Assembly: GCA_963816185.1 (NCBI GenBank)
Contig: CAWFJJ010000008.1
Span: forward strand, 192,001 to 256,000
Direction: 5' to 3'
Source: Thermoanaerobaculia bacterium
GTDB lineage: Bacteria; Acidobacteriota; Thermoanaerobaculia; UBA5066
Length of the DNA: 64,000 nucleotides
Shown here: piece by piece, positions 11,056 through 21,347 of the stretch
Layout: every line of letters starts with the position of its first letter
How positions within the stretch are numbered: position 1 is the first letter of the stretch
Position numbers and translations under genes: made by a program
The notes under the pieces: model-generated
What the model was told of the DNA's origin: nothing
What the model saw: only the letters and a program-made list of their open reading frames with translations
Databases searched by the model: none

Positions 11056-11128
11056 TCCGTGTGTCCTCCTTGGAGCGTCCGGACGGTCCTTGTCAGCGGC
11101 ACCGGCCGCGCCGATGATAGCTCCCGGA

Positions 11129-11725
11129 ATGCTCGCCGAGACGTTCCTGAAGCTGGTCGAGAAGGCCACGACCGACCTCGATGTCGACCGTCTTCGGAGC
11201 GACGTTCGGCAGCTCGCGGCGAAGCACCCGGAGGCGACGACGCGGGAGATGGGCCAGCGCCTCGTCACGAAAGCGGCCCGGAGAGCCGCGGTCCTCGGCG
11301 GCGTAGCGGGCCTGCCGCCGGGGTGGGCGGCCCTCGCGACGGCCGCGCCCGAGCTGACAGCGCTCCTCGTTCTGCAGAGCCGGCTCATCGTGTCCATCCA
11401 TCTCCTTTACGGCGCTCCCATGGAGCCGAAGGAGCGAGCCCTGGAGGTTCTTGCCGGCCTCGCCGCCGGCGCGGGCATCAACGTCGGGCGCCGCCTCACG
11501 ACCCGTGCCGCCGAGGAGATCGCGGCACGCCTCCTGGCGCGGTTCGTGGGACGCGAGACCTCGCACCTCGTGCCCCTGTTCGGCGCGGCTGCGGGGGCCG
11601 CCCTGAATTACGGAGCCGTGCGGGCGGTCGGGAGGGCTGCGCTCCGGCGCGTCGAGCGCCTTTACGGCCCCCCCGATCTGCCTGGAAAGGGACTCATTCT
11701 CGACACCCCCGGGCGGGTGTCCTGA
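11129..11725 (+). CDS. EcsC-family protein
   Basis: GGVAGLPPG...ELTALL..Q.RL...I...YG; LVPLFGAAAGAALN. Confidence 0.7.
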   Translation: MLAETFLKLVEKATTDLDVDRLRSDVRQLAAKHPEATTREMGQRLVTKAARRAAVLGGVAGLPPGWAALATAAPELTALLVLQSRLIVSIHLLYGAPMEPKERALEVLAGLAAGAGINVGRRLTTRAAEEIAARLLARFVGRETSHLVPLFGAAAGAALNYGAVRAVGRAALRRVERLYGPPDLPGKGLILDTPGRVS

Positions 11726-11817
11726 CGGCGCGTGATAAAGTTCCGGCTTCACAAAGTCGTCGCGACGAGAGCCAAACCGGGGGGTGCGGCGCGACGATCC
11801 AATCCGGGAGGAGATCG

Positions 11818-13725
11818 ATGCGCGAGCTGTTCTACGAGGCGGTCCGGTCGACGGCGAACGTCGCCTGGAACGCTTTCCAGGCCGTGAACCGCCGCATTCC
11901 CGCGCGTGCGTTTCATCCGGCATGGGCCCCGGAACCGCTCCCGAAGAGCCACCAGCGCACGAAACCTCCGCTCGGGTATCCGCGCCGCACGGACTCGCTT
12001 TGTCCGACGTGTACGCGGGAAGTCCGGGACGCGATCGTGGGCGGGACGCGCGAGCTGCGCGAGCTCGTGGACGGGCGCCCGGGCGAGATTCCCGCGGACA
12101 TCGTTCTGCGCGGAAACGAAATCTGGATGGTCAAGACCTGCCCGAAGCACGGCACGTTCGAGGACCTCATGGCGAGCGACGCCCGTTTCTTCGGGCGGCT
12201 CGAGGAGAATTTCTTCGGGCGCGACGTGAAGATCGGCAAGGACGCTCTTCACGACCACGGCTCGGCCTCCATCAAGTACGGCCGTGGGGCCGTCCTCACG
12301 GTCGACCTGACGAATCGCTGCAACATGATGTGCAATCCGTGCTTCATGGACGCGAATCAGGTCGGCTACGTCCACGAGCTCTCCTTCGCGGACATCAGGG
12401 AGATCCTCGACAACGCGGTCTCCATCAAGCCGCGACGCCAGCTTTCCGTGCAGTTCTCCGGCGGCGAGCCCACGATCTCGCCCTTCTTCCTCGAGGCGAC
12501 GCGCTACGCGAAGGAGATCGGCTACTTCTCGGTCCAGTGCGCGACGAACGGAATCCGCTTCGCGCAGGAGCCCGGGTTCGCGAAGGCAGCGTACGACGCG
12601 GGGCTGAGGCTCGCGTACCTCCAGTTCGACGGGGTCGGGAACGAGCACAACACCCACCGCGGCGTCGGGAACCTCTACGACGTCAAGCTGCAAGCGCTCG
12701 ACAACCTTCACGCGGCCGGCGTCGACGTCACGCTCGTGACGACGCTCGTGAATTCCGTCAATAACGACCAGGTGGGCGACATCCTCCGGTTCGCGATCCG
12801 GAACATCGACAAGATCAACGCCGTCTCCTTCCAGCCCGTTTCCTTCACGGGCCGCGACGAGGAGATCGACGACGACACGCGCAAGAAGCAGCGCTACACG
12901 CTCGCTCACCTCGCGCACGACGTGAAGGATCAGGCCGGAATCGGCGAGCCGATGCGCGATTGGTTTCCCCTCTCGGCGTCGGGCCCCTTCTCCGATCTCA
13001 AGGATCTGCTCGGCGGCCTCGAGGCCCAGTGGGGCTCGCTCAAATGCGGCTGCCACCCGAACTGCGGCATCGCGACGATGATGCTCGTCCATCCCGAATC
13101 GGGCGACGCCGTGCCGGTCACCCAGATCCTCGACGCGGACCGCCTCTTGCGCGATCTGACGATCGTGACGGACTCGGCGCGCGGCCGCTTTCTCACCGTG
13201 ATCCAGACCGCCCTCTCTCTCGCGCGCAACATTCGCCCCACCGGCGTCCCGAAGAACCTCGGCGTCTGGGAGACGCTGAAGGTCATGGACGGGCACACGG
13301 GCCGCGGCATGGGGATCGCGAAGCAGGGGCGCTACCCCTGGCGCGTCCTCCTCGTGGCCGGCATGTGGTTCCAGGACCTCTTCAACTACGACTTTCGCCG
13401 CACGGAGATGTGCATCATTCCGTACGGCACCCAGCTCGGCGAGATTTCGTTCTGCGCCTACAACACGGGGGCCGGCTGGCGGAAGATCGTGGAGGAGATG
13501 TTCCAGAGCGCCACGCTGGCCGAGTGGTACAAGGAAAAGGGCCGCCACCCCGTCTACGCCCACGGCAAGCGCGTCCCCCTTCCTTCCTACGCGCCCGCGC
13601 CGAGGCCCTCCACGCTGCCCGTCTTCGAGCCCTCTCCCCAGCCCGTCGAGCGCCCGGCGGCCGCGCGCTCCGCGACGCCTGCGCTCACCGCCCTGCCGTC
13701 CTTCAGCGTGGCGTCGGGGAAATAG
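11818..13725 (+). CDS. Radical SAM protein, tetraether lipid synthase (Tes/GDGT-MAS) family
   Basis: SLCPTC...KTCPKHG N-terminal metal site, DLTNRCNMMCNPCF, QFSGGEPT, YLQFDG, FQPVSFTGR, CHPNCG, C.I.Y...SFCAYN; GGAGGAG RBS. Confidence 0.85.
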   Translation: MRELFYEAVRSTANVAWNAFQAVNRRIPARAFHPAWAPEPLPKSHQRTKPPLGYPRRTDSLCPTCTREVRDAIVGGTRELRELVDGRPGEIPADIVLRGNEIWMVKTCPKHGTFEDLMASDARFFGRLEENFFGRDVKIGKDALHDHGSASIKYGRGAVLTVDLTNRCNMMCNPCFMDANQVGYVHELSFADIREILDNAVSIKPRRQLSVQFSGGEPTISPFFLEATRYAKEIGYFSVQCATNGIRFAQEPGFAKAAYDAGLRLAYLQFDGVGNEHNTHRGVGNLYDVKLQALDNLHAAGVDVTLVTTLVNSVNNDQVGDILRFAIRNIDKINAVSFQPVSFTGRDEEIDDDTRKKQRYTLAHLAHDVKDQAGIGEPMRDWFPLSASGPFSDLKDLLGGLEAQWGSLKCGCHPNCGIATMMLVHPESGDAVPVTQILDADRLLRDLTIVTDSARGRFLTVIQTALSLARNIRPTGVPKNLGVWETLKVMDGHTGRGMGIAKQGRYPWRVLLVAGMWFQDLFNYDFRRTEMCIIPYGTQLGEISFCAYNTGAGWRKIVEEMFQSATLAEWYKEKGRHPVYAHGKRVPLPSYAPAPRPSTLPVFEPSPQPVERPAAARSATPALTALPSFSVASGK

Positions 13726-14494
13726 CGCGCAACGCGAGAGCCACGACGGCGTTCGCGGCCTCGCCGGGGTTCTCGAGCGGCACGAGGTGCCCCGCCCCGG
13801 GCACCGTCACGAGGCTCACCCACGAGGCGCGACCTGCGACGGCCGTCATCGCTTCGGCGTCCGAAGGCGGCGCGATCGCATCCTCGTCACCGACGACGAC
13901 GAGAAGGGGTTTCTCCCAGGCGGACAGCGCCTCGAAGCCTTCGTCGCGCACGGCGAGGCCCGCGAGGTCGGCCATGGCGGTTTCGGGCGGCGTCTCGAGG
14001 ATCATCGCGCGCGCCGTTTCCTCGACGGGCGTCCCCTTCGAGCGCCTCGCGAGGAGCTTCGGCAGCATCGCGGAGAGGGCCGCTCCGATCCCGTCCCTGC
14101 GGAGGGCCTCGATGGCTTCCTTGCGTTTTGCACGTCCCGCGTCGTCGTCCGCGGTGGCCTTCGTATCGAAAAGAGCGAGGCCCACGAGGCGGTCGCGTTC
14201 GCGCATGCCGTGCCGTTTCAGGAACTCGAACGCCACGTAGCCGCCCATCGAGAGGCCCGCGAGAACGTACGGCTCTCCTTTCGGGAGGGCGCGGGAGATC
14301 TCCTCCGCCATGTCGTCGGCGAGAAGCGACATCGTATGAATAGGGGCCGCGGCGCGGAAGGAGGTGCCGCGCCCTCGGAAGTCGGGAGCAAAGACGGACG
14401 TGATCGGAACGAGGGCGCCCGCTGCGGCACGTACGGCAAGGGGACTCCAGATCCGGTGATCCAGCGGATAGCCGTGGAACGCGACGAGGTGCAT
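13703..14494 (-). CDS. Alpha/beta hydrolase
   Basis: HGYPLD, PDFRG.G, GLSMGG, D...GAGHL. Confidence 0.9.
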   Translation of the reverse strand: MHLVAFHGYPLDHRIWSPLAVRAAAGALVPITSVFAPDFRGRGTSFRAAAPIHTMSLLADDMAEEISRALPKGEPYVLAGLSMGGYVAFEFLKRHGMRERDRLVGLALFDTKATADDDAGRAKRKEAIEALRRDGIGAALSAMLPKLLARRSKGTPVEETARAMILETPPETAMADLAGLAVRDEGFEALSAWEKPLLVVVGDEDAIAPPSDAEAMTAVAGRASWVSLVTVPGAGHLVPLENPGEAANAVVALALRAISPTPR

Positions 14495-14503
14495 CGACGG
14501 ATA

Positions 14504-15973
14504 CTACCGGCGCCCCGCGACCCGTCGCCATGTCGCTCCCCTGGGACCAAGGCCGTCGGGCACCGTGCCGGTCTCCAGGAAGGAGAACACGCGCGTCGCG
14601 CGGACATGCTCGTCGGCGGGGGACGGCGCGCGGAAGAGGACGGGGAGGCCGGGGCGCGCCCGGAGGGCCGCGACGAGGCGCTCGTCGCCGTCGTCGCGGT
14701 TCAAGCAGTACCAGAAAGACGGATTCACGTAGAGGCCGCCTGGAGCTCGGGTTCCGGTGATCGGATAAAGCGTCTGCCGCCCGCCGAAGACGAGCAGCTC
14801 GCCGCCGGCTGGCACGTGCGCGCGCACGGACGCCGCCTCGGCGCGCGTCACCGCGTCGTCCCAATAGTAGAGAGAACGCCCGAGCCGATCGAGGAGGAGC
14901 GGGCCGGCGCCGAGGATTGCCACGCCCAGGAAGACGGCGAGGAGCGCGGCCGATGCCGCCGGCGCGAGGACACGGCCACGCGGGGATCGCACGCGATGGA
15001 GGCGTCGAAATACTGCCGGAAGCGCGAGCGCCGTCCGCACGGCCGCGAGCGCGGCGAGTCCCGTGACGGCGGACAGATGCAAGAGGCCTGGCCGCGGCCA
15101 CGCCATCCCGATCGCGCCGATGGCCACGCCGACGAGCGGTGTGCGGCGCGACACCCCCGTCGGCAGCGTCGCGCCGGCGAGCGTGATCGCCGCAAAGGGC
15201 ACGAAGACCTCGAGCGACTCGTGAACGTTCGCGGCCATGAGTGGCGTCGCGATCTCCCGCGACATTCCGGAGAAGACGGGGTAGACGAGCGTCCAGCGCA
15301 CATGCGCGAGCGTCCGGAAGGCGAGCGCCCAGGTGAGAAGGAACGCGACATACGGCAGGGCGGCGGCCGCCGCGAACAGGAGAGCGGCGCGGCTGCCGCG
15401 TCGCCGACTGCGAAAGAGGATCCAGAGGCCGGCGGCGAGGGCGGCCCACGCGGAGGTCTGCTTCACCAGGATCGCCGTCCCGAAGACGAGGCCCGCCGCG
15501 GCGAAATCGCGCGCTCGACCGGTCCTCTCGGCGCGCTCGAGGAGGAGAACGCCTGCGAGAAGGAACGGTGCGAGGAACGGCTCCGGCCATAGCGCGGGGC
15601 CCTCGGCATAGACGGCGAGAAGGACGATGAGAGGAGCGCCGAGAAAAAGCCCGACGATCGGACCCCGGCGCGAGGCGCCGTGCGGCTTCGCGCCGAGGAC
15701 GAGGAAGACCCCGGTCAGGGCGAGAGCGAGGGCGGGGATCGCGCGCAGGACAGCCGCGGAGAAGCCGAAAAGAGCGCCGGCGGCGGCCGTCAGGAGGATG
15801 AGGAGCGGCGCGTGCGGGAAGAGGATGCCGTCGTAGAGGCGAAAGCCTTGCGTCACGAACCACGCGGGCGTCACGATCTCGGGCCAGGCGATCGTCCTCA
15901 CGGCGAAAGGAAGCGCTCCCGCCAGGAGGGCCGCGAGCACGGCACACGAGGCGGCCACGCGCGAGGGCTTCAA
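14504..15973 (-). CDS. Polytopic membrane protein, GT-C/ArnT-like glycosyltransferase
   Basis: Many TM helices; LY..I.FPH.PL N-terminal loop; conserved 'KQT'. Confidence 0.6.
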   Translation of the reverse strand: MKPSRVAASCAVLAALLAGALPFAVRTIAWPEIVTPAWFVTQGFRLYDGILFPHAPLLILLTAAAGALFGFSAAVLRAIPALALALTGVFLVLGAKPHGASRRGPIVGLFLGAPLIVLLAVYAEGPALWPEPFLAPFLLAGVLLLERAERTGRARDFAAAGLVFGTAILVKQTSAWAALAAGLWILFRSRRRGSRAALLFAAAAALPYVAFLLTWALAFRTLAHVRWTLVYPVFSGMSREIATPLMAANVHESLEVFVPFAAITLAGATLPTGVSRRTPLVGVAIGAIGMAWPRPGLLHLSAVTGLAALAAVRTALALPAVFRRLHRVRSPRGRVLAPAASAALLAVFLGVAILGAGPLLLDRLGRSLYYWDDAVTRAEAASVRAHVPAGGELLVFGGRQTLYPITGTRAPGGLYVNPSFWYCLNRDDGDERLVAALRARPGLPVLFRAPSPADEHVRATRVFSFLETGTVPDGLGPRGATWRRVAGRR

Positions 15974-16347
15974 GGGGGCCTGAAACTCACGCTGTTCCGG
16001 GGGCCTTCCCAGACCGTGACTTCCTCGAGGCGCACGCCGTCCTTCAGGAGCCTGGCCTTCGCGATCTCGTTCGCGATCCAGAGCGCGAGGTTCTCGGCGC
16101 TCGGATTCTTCCGGTCGAACGGCGGCACGGTATTGAGGTCGCGGTCGTGCAGGCGCGAAGCGAGCTCCTTCACGAGGGCCTCGGTCGGGACGAAATCGAC
16201 GGAAAGGTCGTACTCTCCGAGCGTCTCCGTCGCGAGCGCCACCTCGATGGTCCAGGAGTGCCCGTGCACCGGCTCGGGCCCGCCGACGTAGTCCACGAGG
16301 TGGTGCGCGGCCTCGAAGGTCGCGCGGCAGCGAACGATGAAGGGCAT
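15970..16347 (-). CDS. queD: 6-carboxytetrahydropterin synthase (QueD/PTPS family)
   Basis: FEAAHHL, HGHSW, LHDRDLN, NPSAEN, VWEG. Confidence 0.85.
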   Translation of the reverse strand: MPFIVRCRATFEAAHHLVDYVGGPEPVHGHSWTIEVALATETLGEYDLSVDFVPTEALVKELASRLHDRDLNTVPPFDRKNPSAENLALWIANEIAKARLLKDGVRLEEVTVWEGPRNSVSFRPP

Positions 16348-16356
16348 CCCCGCAGT

Positions 16357-16941
16357 CTACGACGCGAGGACGGTCTCGAGGCGCGTCACGCGCACGGCAT
16401 GCTGGCCCTCGGGCGGGACGCCGTATTCCTTTTCGAGGAACTTCTTCGGCGTCGTGGCCTCCGCGCCCGCGAGGGCGAGCCGCTCGGTACGCGTTTCGCC
16501 GTTCGGAAGCGTGAACGAGTAGACCGCCTCCGTGGCGGCCCGCCCGAGGGACCTCGCGCCCTTCGGAAGCTCGGCGAACGCGGTGAGACGAATTCCCGGC
16601 GGAAGGCGGTCGTTGACGGCCTGAAGGTGCTCCACCGTGAAGACGTTCTCCACGTCCACATCGAAGAGCTCGTGCTTCGACTCGTGGCCGAGCGGCAGCG
16701 CGGGTCCCATCGACATTCTGAGGTGGGGGTTGTAGCCCTCCGTGTAGCGCACGGGCGCGCCCGAGGCGCGGAGAGCGCGCTCGAAGACGTCCATCGTGTT
16801 GCGGTGCGAGAGGTAACGCGCGTCGCCCAGCTTCTCGAACGTGAAGCGGACCGTGTGCGCGGTCGCGGCGACCGGCGCAGCGGTGCCGTCGCCCACCCGC
16901 CGCCGCTCGCGGAGCGGCAGGAGATCGGGCTCGGCCTTCAT
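16357..16941 (-). CDS. Radical-SAM-linked domain (TIGR03936/DUF2344-like), probably the C-terminal part of the upstream gene
   Basis: F.K.G.ARYLSH, YTEGYNPH, GPALPLG..S..E. Confidence 0.8.
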   Translation of the reverse strand: MKAEPDLLPLRERRRVGDGTAAPVAATAHTVRFTFEKLGDARYLSHRNTMDVFERALRASGAPVRYTEGYNPHLRMSMGPALPLGHESKHELFDVDVENVFTVEHLQAVNDRLPPGIRLTAFAELPKGARSLGRAATEAVYSFTLPNGETRTERLALAGAEATTPKKFLEKEYGVPPEGQHAVRVTRLETVLAS

Positions 16942-19142
16942 CCGATACGCCGCGCCTTTGGCTTTTTCGGTATAGGCGGAGGGACGAGAAAGAGAGGAGA
17001 GAGGAAAGAGATGTTCTTCGAAAGGTATTGCGGCCGGTGCGCCCGCGGCCTGCGGCGCTGCGACGGCTGTGGGTCGGCGCCGCGGAGACCTTTCTTACCT
17101 TCTAAGAAATCCTCATATGCGGCGGCTGCTGATGCAGCCGCCGATATAGGCGAATCTGTTGCTCGAACGTCCGACGTCAAGGGCGCGCTCTGCGCGCCGC
17201 TTCGCGGTCGAAGACCCTTGACTTCGGACGTTCGAGAAATATCCCCTTCTTCGTTCCCCTCTTCTCCGAAGCAAATCTGAATTCCTTCGGCAGCGGGTTG
17301 GCGAGGACGGTGTCCTCGCCGTCGCCCGGGAACGCCGCAGGCGTAGCAGTGCCCCCACTTACAGTCGTCCGTGTGCATCTCCTTGAGCGCCTTCTTCCAC
17401 TCCACGACGAGGAAAGGCTTGCGGATGAAGGCGTCGACGACGTCCCAGGGGAGCGTCTCCTTGAGGTCCTTCTCCCTGAGGTGGCGGCTCTTCGGGATGC
17501 CCGCGGCCTCGAGCGCTTCGTTCCACCGCTCCCACGAGAAGTGCTCGCTCCACGCGTCGAAACGCCCGCCGCGCCTCCAGACCTCGAGGATCGCCCGGCC
17601 CATGCGCCGGTCGCCGAGCGAGAGCATCGTCTCGATCTCGGCCTCCTTCGGCTCGTGCCACGTCATCTTCGCGCCCCTCACCGTGCGGAATTTCTCCCGC
17701 AGATAGGCGAGCTTGCGGTTCAGGTTGTCGACGCCGTCGAACGCGAACCACTGGAACGGCGTGAAGCTCTTCGGCACGAACGAACCGACCGAGACGTTCA
17801 CGTTCGGGCGGACTCCGTGTCTCCTTCCCTGGGCGAGGATGTCCTTCACGAGAGTCACGAGCTCGTCGAGGTCCGGCTCGGCCTCGGTCGGGAGGCCGAT
17901 CATCGTGTAGACCTTGATCATGTCCCAGCCGCGCGAGAAGGCGACGTCGGCCGCTTTCACCATGTCGGCGTTCGTGAACGTCTTGTTGATGACGCGGCGC
18001 AGGCGATCCGAGCCGGTCTCGGGCGCGAACGTGAAACCGGACTTTCTCACCTCGGAGACGGCATCCGCGAGGCCGACCGAGAACGCTTCGGCACGAAGTG
18101 ACGGCAGCGAGATCGAGACCTTGGTCTTCGCGAGCTCCGGGGCGAGGCACGCGACGAGCGGTTCGATCTGCGAGTAGTCGGCCGACGACAGGGACAAGAG
18201 TCCGACCTCGCTCCACCCCGCCTCGTCGATGAACGCTTTCGTGGCCTTCGCGACGTCGGCGGGGTCCAGCTCGCGAACGGGCCGGTACCAGTACCCAGCC
18301 TGGCAGAAGCGGCAGCCCTGCGTGCAGCCGCGCATGATCTCGAGGCCGAGCCGGTCTTGGACGATGTCGACCGACGGCACCATCGGCTTTCGGGGATAGA
18401 CGTCGGCCGAGAGCTTCTCGACCCAGACGCGCTTCGCCCTCTCGGGTACTCCCGGAGCGTTCGGGGTCGTCGAGACGACGCGGTCGCCGTCGTAGAGGAC
18501 GTCGTAGAGAGACGGGACGTAGATCCCCGGGCAGGCAGCGAAGGCGAGGAGGCGCTCGCGGCGGGAAAGACCCTTCGTGGCCGCGACCTTCTCGAGGAAC
18601 ACCGGTAGAGCCTCCTCCGCGTCGCCGATGAGGAAGACGTCGAAGAAATCCGCGAGCGGCTCGGGGTTCGCGACGCAGGGCCCGCCGCCGATGACGATGG
18701 GGTCCGCGTCGCCGCGATCCGTGGCGAGGACCGGGATACCCGAAAGCTCGAGCATGTTCGGGACGTTCGTGTAGTTGAGCTCGCTCTGGAGGGAGAATCC
18801 CACGACGTCGAAATCCGAGACGGGAGCGAACGACTCGACGGAAAAGAGAGGGACCTTCTCGCTTCTCAGGATCGCCTCGAAGTCCACCCAGGGCGCGTAC
18901 GTTCTCTCACAGGCCCAGTCGGGCCGCCGGTTGACGATCTCGTAAAGGATCTTCGTGCCCGTGTGGCTCATCCCGATCTCGTACGCGTCGGGAAACGCGA
19001 GACAGACCGTCACCGACATCTCGCCGAGGTCCTTGCGCGTGACGTTCCGCTCCAGGCCGAGGTAGCGCCCCGGGCGCTCGACGGCGAGGAGGAAGGGCTC
19101 GAAGCGGGAACGGACGGACGCGTAACGCACGGCGGATCTCAC
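16938..19142 (-). CDS. TIGR03960-family B12-binding radical SAM protein; 3' linker contains a repeat element and ambiguous frame
   Basis: VERPGRYLG.E.N, FPDAYEIGMS, RGCTQGCRFCQAG, FAPETGS, PKSFTPFQW, C...C..CGV. Confidence 0.9.
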   Translation of the reverse strand: MRSAVRYASVRSRFEPFLLAVERPGRYLGLERNVTRKDLGEMSVTVCLAFPDAYEIGMSHTGTKILYEIVNRRPDWACERTYAPWVDFEAILRSEKVPLFSVESFAPVSDFDVVGFSLQSELNYTNVPNMLELSGIPVLATDRGDADPIVIGGGPCVANPEPLADFFDVFLIGDAEEALPVFLEKVAATKGLSRRERLLAFAACPGIYVPSLYDVLYDGDRVVSTTPNAPGVPERAKRVWVEKLSADVYPRKPMVPSVDIVQDRLGLEIMRGCTQGCRFCQAGYWYRPVRELDPADVAKATKAFIDEAGWSEVGLLSLSSADYSQIEPLVACLAPELAKTKVSISLPSLRAEAFSVGLADAVSEVRKSGFTFAPETGSDRLRRVINKTFTNADMVKAADVAFSRGWDMIKVYTMIGLPTEAEPDLDELVTLVKDILAQGRRHGVRPNVNVSVGSFVPKSFTPFQWFAFDGVDNLNRKLAYLREKFRTVRGAKMTWHEPKEAEIETMLSLGDRRMGRAILEVWRRGGRFDAWSEHFSWERWNEALEAAGIPKSRHLREKDLKETLPWDVVDAFIRKPFLVVEWKKALKEMHTDDCKWGHCYACGVPGRRRGHRPRQPAAEGIQICFGEEGNEEGDISRTSEVKGLRPRSGAQSAPLTSDVRATDSPISAAASAAAAYEDFLEGKKGLRGADPQPSQRRRPRAHRPQYLSKNISFLSPLFLVPPPIPKKPKARRIG
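17115..17236 (-). repeat. Double-hairpin repeat element, copy 1
   Basis: 75-bp inverted repeat 17162-17236 with GTCAAGGG/CCCTTGAC core, plus hairpin CGGCGGCTGC-TGAT-GCAGCCGCCG; homologous to 52862-52979. Confidence 0.85.
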
Positions 19143-19237
19143 GGACCGTCGAGTCTACCGTGCCGGTGAGACGCCGTCTCGTTTTCCGCGCTGCACTCGC
19201 GGTGCTCTGGCGATCGCGTCGACCTATAATTGTGTAA

Positions 19238-21335
19238 ATGCCTGGTCGACCGGTGCGGGGTATCGCGGGACGTGTGTGCTCGGGGGCGACCGCACTCCTG
19301 GTTTTCGCAGCTCTTCGCGTCCCGCGCCACGGCGCAGGTGGCGGCGGACTATGCCGTGCAAGTCACCGCGACCGTCCAGGTTTCGCCGCCCCAGATCGCG
19401 CTGTCGTGGGGTTCCTACTCCGGAGCGACGCAGTATCTCGTCTACCGCAAGTCGTGGACGGCGACATCGTGGGGCGCGGCGACCGCCACCCGGCCCGGAT
19501 CCGCGACCGGCTTCACGGACACGAACGTCACCGTCGGCTCCTCCTACGAATATCAGGTCATGAGGCAGGCGAGCGTGTTCGGGTACGGCTATGTCGCGTC
19601 CGGCATCTCGCTGCCGCTCGTCGAAGATCGCGGCACCGTGATCCTCGTCGTCGACTCGACCTACGCGAGTGATCTCTCGACGGAGCTGGAACGGCTCCAG
19701 GAGGATCTCGTCGGCGACGGCTGGACGGTGATCCGTCACGACGTGGCGCGGACGGCGACCGTGCCTTCCGTCAAGGCGCTGATCGTGGCCGACTACGAGG
19801 CGGCTCCCTCGCGCGTGAAGACCGTCTTTCTTTTCGGCCACGTTCCGGTCCCCTATTCGGGGCAACTCGCGCCGGACGGGCACGGAGATCACATCGGGGC
19901 GTGGCCCGCCGACCTCTATTACGGCGACATGAACGGAATTTGGACCGATACCGTCAATTACGGAGGAACCGGAAGGCAGAGCAACGTGCCGGGCGACGGC
20001 AAGTTCGACCAGACTTACGCGCCCGGCCTCGTGGAGCTGGCCGTCGGGCGCGTCGATCTCGCAAACATGCCCGCCTTCGGGCCGAAGACCGAGCGCGACC
20101 TCCTCGGCCAGTACCTCGACAAGGACCACGACTTCCGCCACGCGGTCTGGACGTTGCCTGCCCGGGGCCTGATCGACGACAACTTCGGGGCGTTCGGAGG
20201 AGAGGCGTTCGCGTCGACGGGGTGGCGGGCCTTCTCGGCGTTCTTCGGACGCGCGAACGTTTTCGCGCTGGACTGGTTCACGACGCTGGCCAACAACGCC
20301 TACCTCTGGGCCTACGGCTGCGGAGGCGGGAGCTACACCGGGGCGGGCGGCGTCGGCTCGACATCCAACTTCGCCTCGACCGACACGAAGGTCGCCTTCA
20401 CGTTCCTCTTCGGCAGCTACTTCGGCGACTGGGACGTCTCGAACGACTTTCTGAGGGCGCCGCTGGCGACGAGGACGTACGGTCTCACGTGCGCCTGGGC
20501 GGGGCGGCCGGCCTGGTACGTCCACCACATGGCCATGGGAGAGACGATCGGATACGGGGCGCGCGTCACGCAGAACAACTCGGGAACCTACTTCAACGGT
20601 TACGGGCCGGAGGTTCACATCGCCCTGATGGGAGATCCCACGCTGCGGCTCACGCCGGTCGCGCCGGTCTCGAACTTGTCGGTGAATCCGGGTCTTCACA
20701 CGGCCGCACTGACGTGGACGGCTTCCCCTGAAACGGTCGACGGCTCTTACGTCTATCGGTCTCAGAATCCGGGTGGACCCTTTTCGCGTGTCACCTCCTC
20801 GCCGGTCGCCGGTGTCTCGTTCACCGATTCCGGCGTTCCCGGCGGGAGCTGGACGTACATGGTGCGTTCCGTGAGGGTCGAGACGAGCGCCAGCGGCTCG
20901 TACGGAAACGCGAGCCAGGGCGTCTTCGCGTCGACGATCGTGGGAGGATCGTCCATGAACGGCTTCTTCGAGGTCACGCCCTGCCGCGTTCTCGACACAC
21001 GCAAACCGGACGGCCCCTTGGGCGGACCTCGGCTCGCCGCCTCGTCGATCCGACGTTTCGTCGCGACCGGCGCCTGCGGCCTACCGGCAGGAGTGCAAGC
21101 GATCTCGGCGAACGTCACCGTCACCAACGCGACGGCCGACGGCCGCCTCGTCGTCTATCCCGGCGATCTCGCGACGCCGCCGACGGTCGAGACCGTGGTC
21201 TTTCGCGCGGGGAGGACGCGTGCGAACAACACGATCCTGGGCCTCGCCCGGGACGGCTCCGGTTCCTTCAACGCTCAGAACGACACCCCGGGAACGGTCG
21301 ATCTGATCGTCGACGTCACCGGATACTTCCAGTAG
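19238..21335 (+). CDS. Secreted FN3 / gingipain(C25)-like fold protein with C-terminal 'TPCRVLDTR' domain; frameshift near 19310
   Basis: Signal-like peptide from ATG 19238 in a different frame from the body; LFGHVPV, ADLYYGD, VGRVD, LMGDPTL; ends DVTGYFQ. Confidence 0.7.
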
Positions 21336-21347
21336 GGCGGCCGCCGC

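Noticed and set aside
740-13725. Apparent long N-terminal extensions on IspG (908 aa), RseP (655 aa) and the Tes-like protein (1155 aa)
   Set aside because: The extensions are off-frame or antisense readings of neighbouring genes. True starts are at 2210, 858 and 11818.
1-13725. Functional link between MEP genes (dxr, ispG) and the Tes-like gene
   Set aside because: dxr-rseP-ispG is a widespread housekeeping cluster about 8 kb away, and bacterial branched tetraethers are not isoprenoid.
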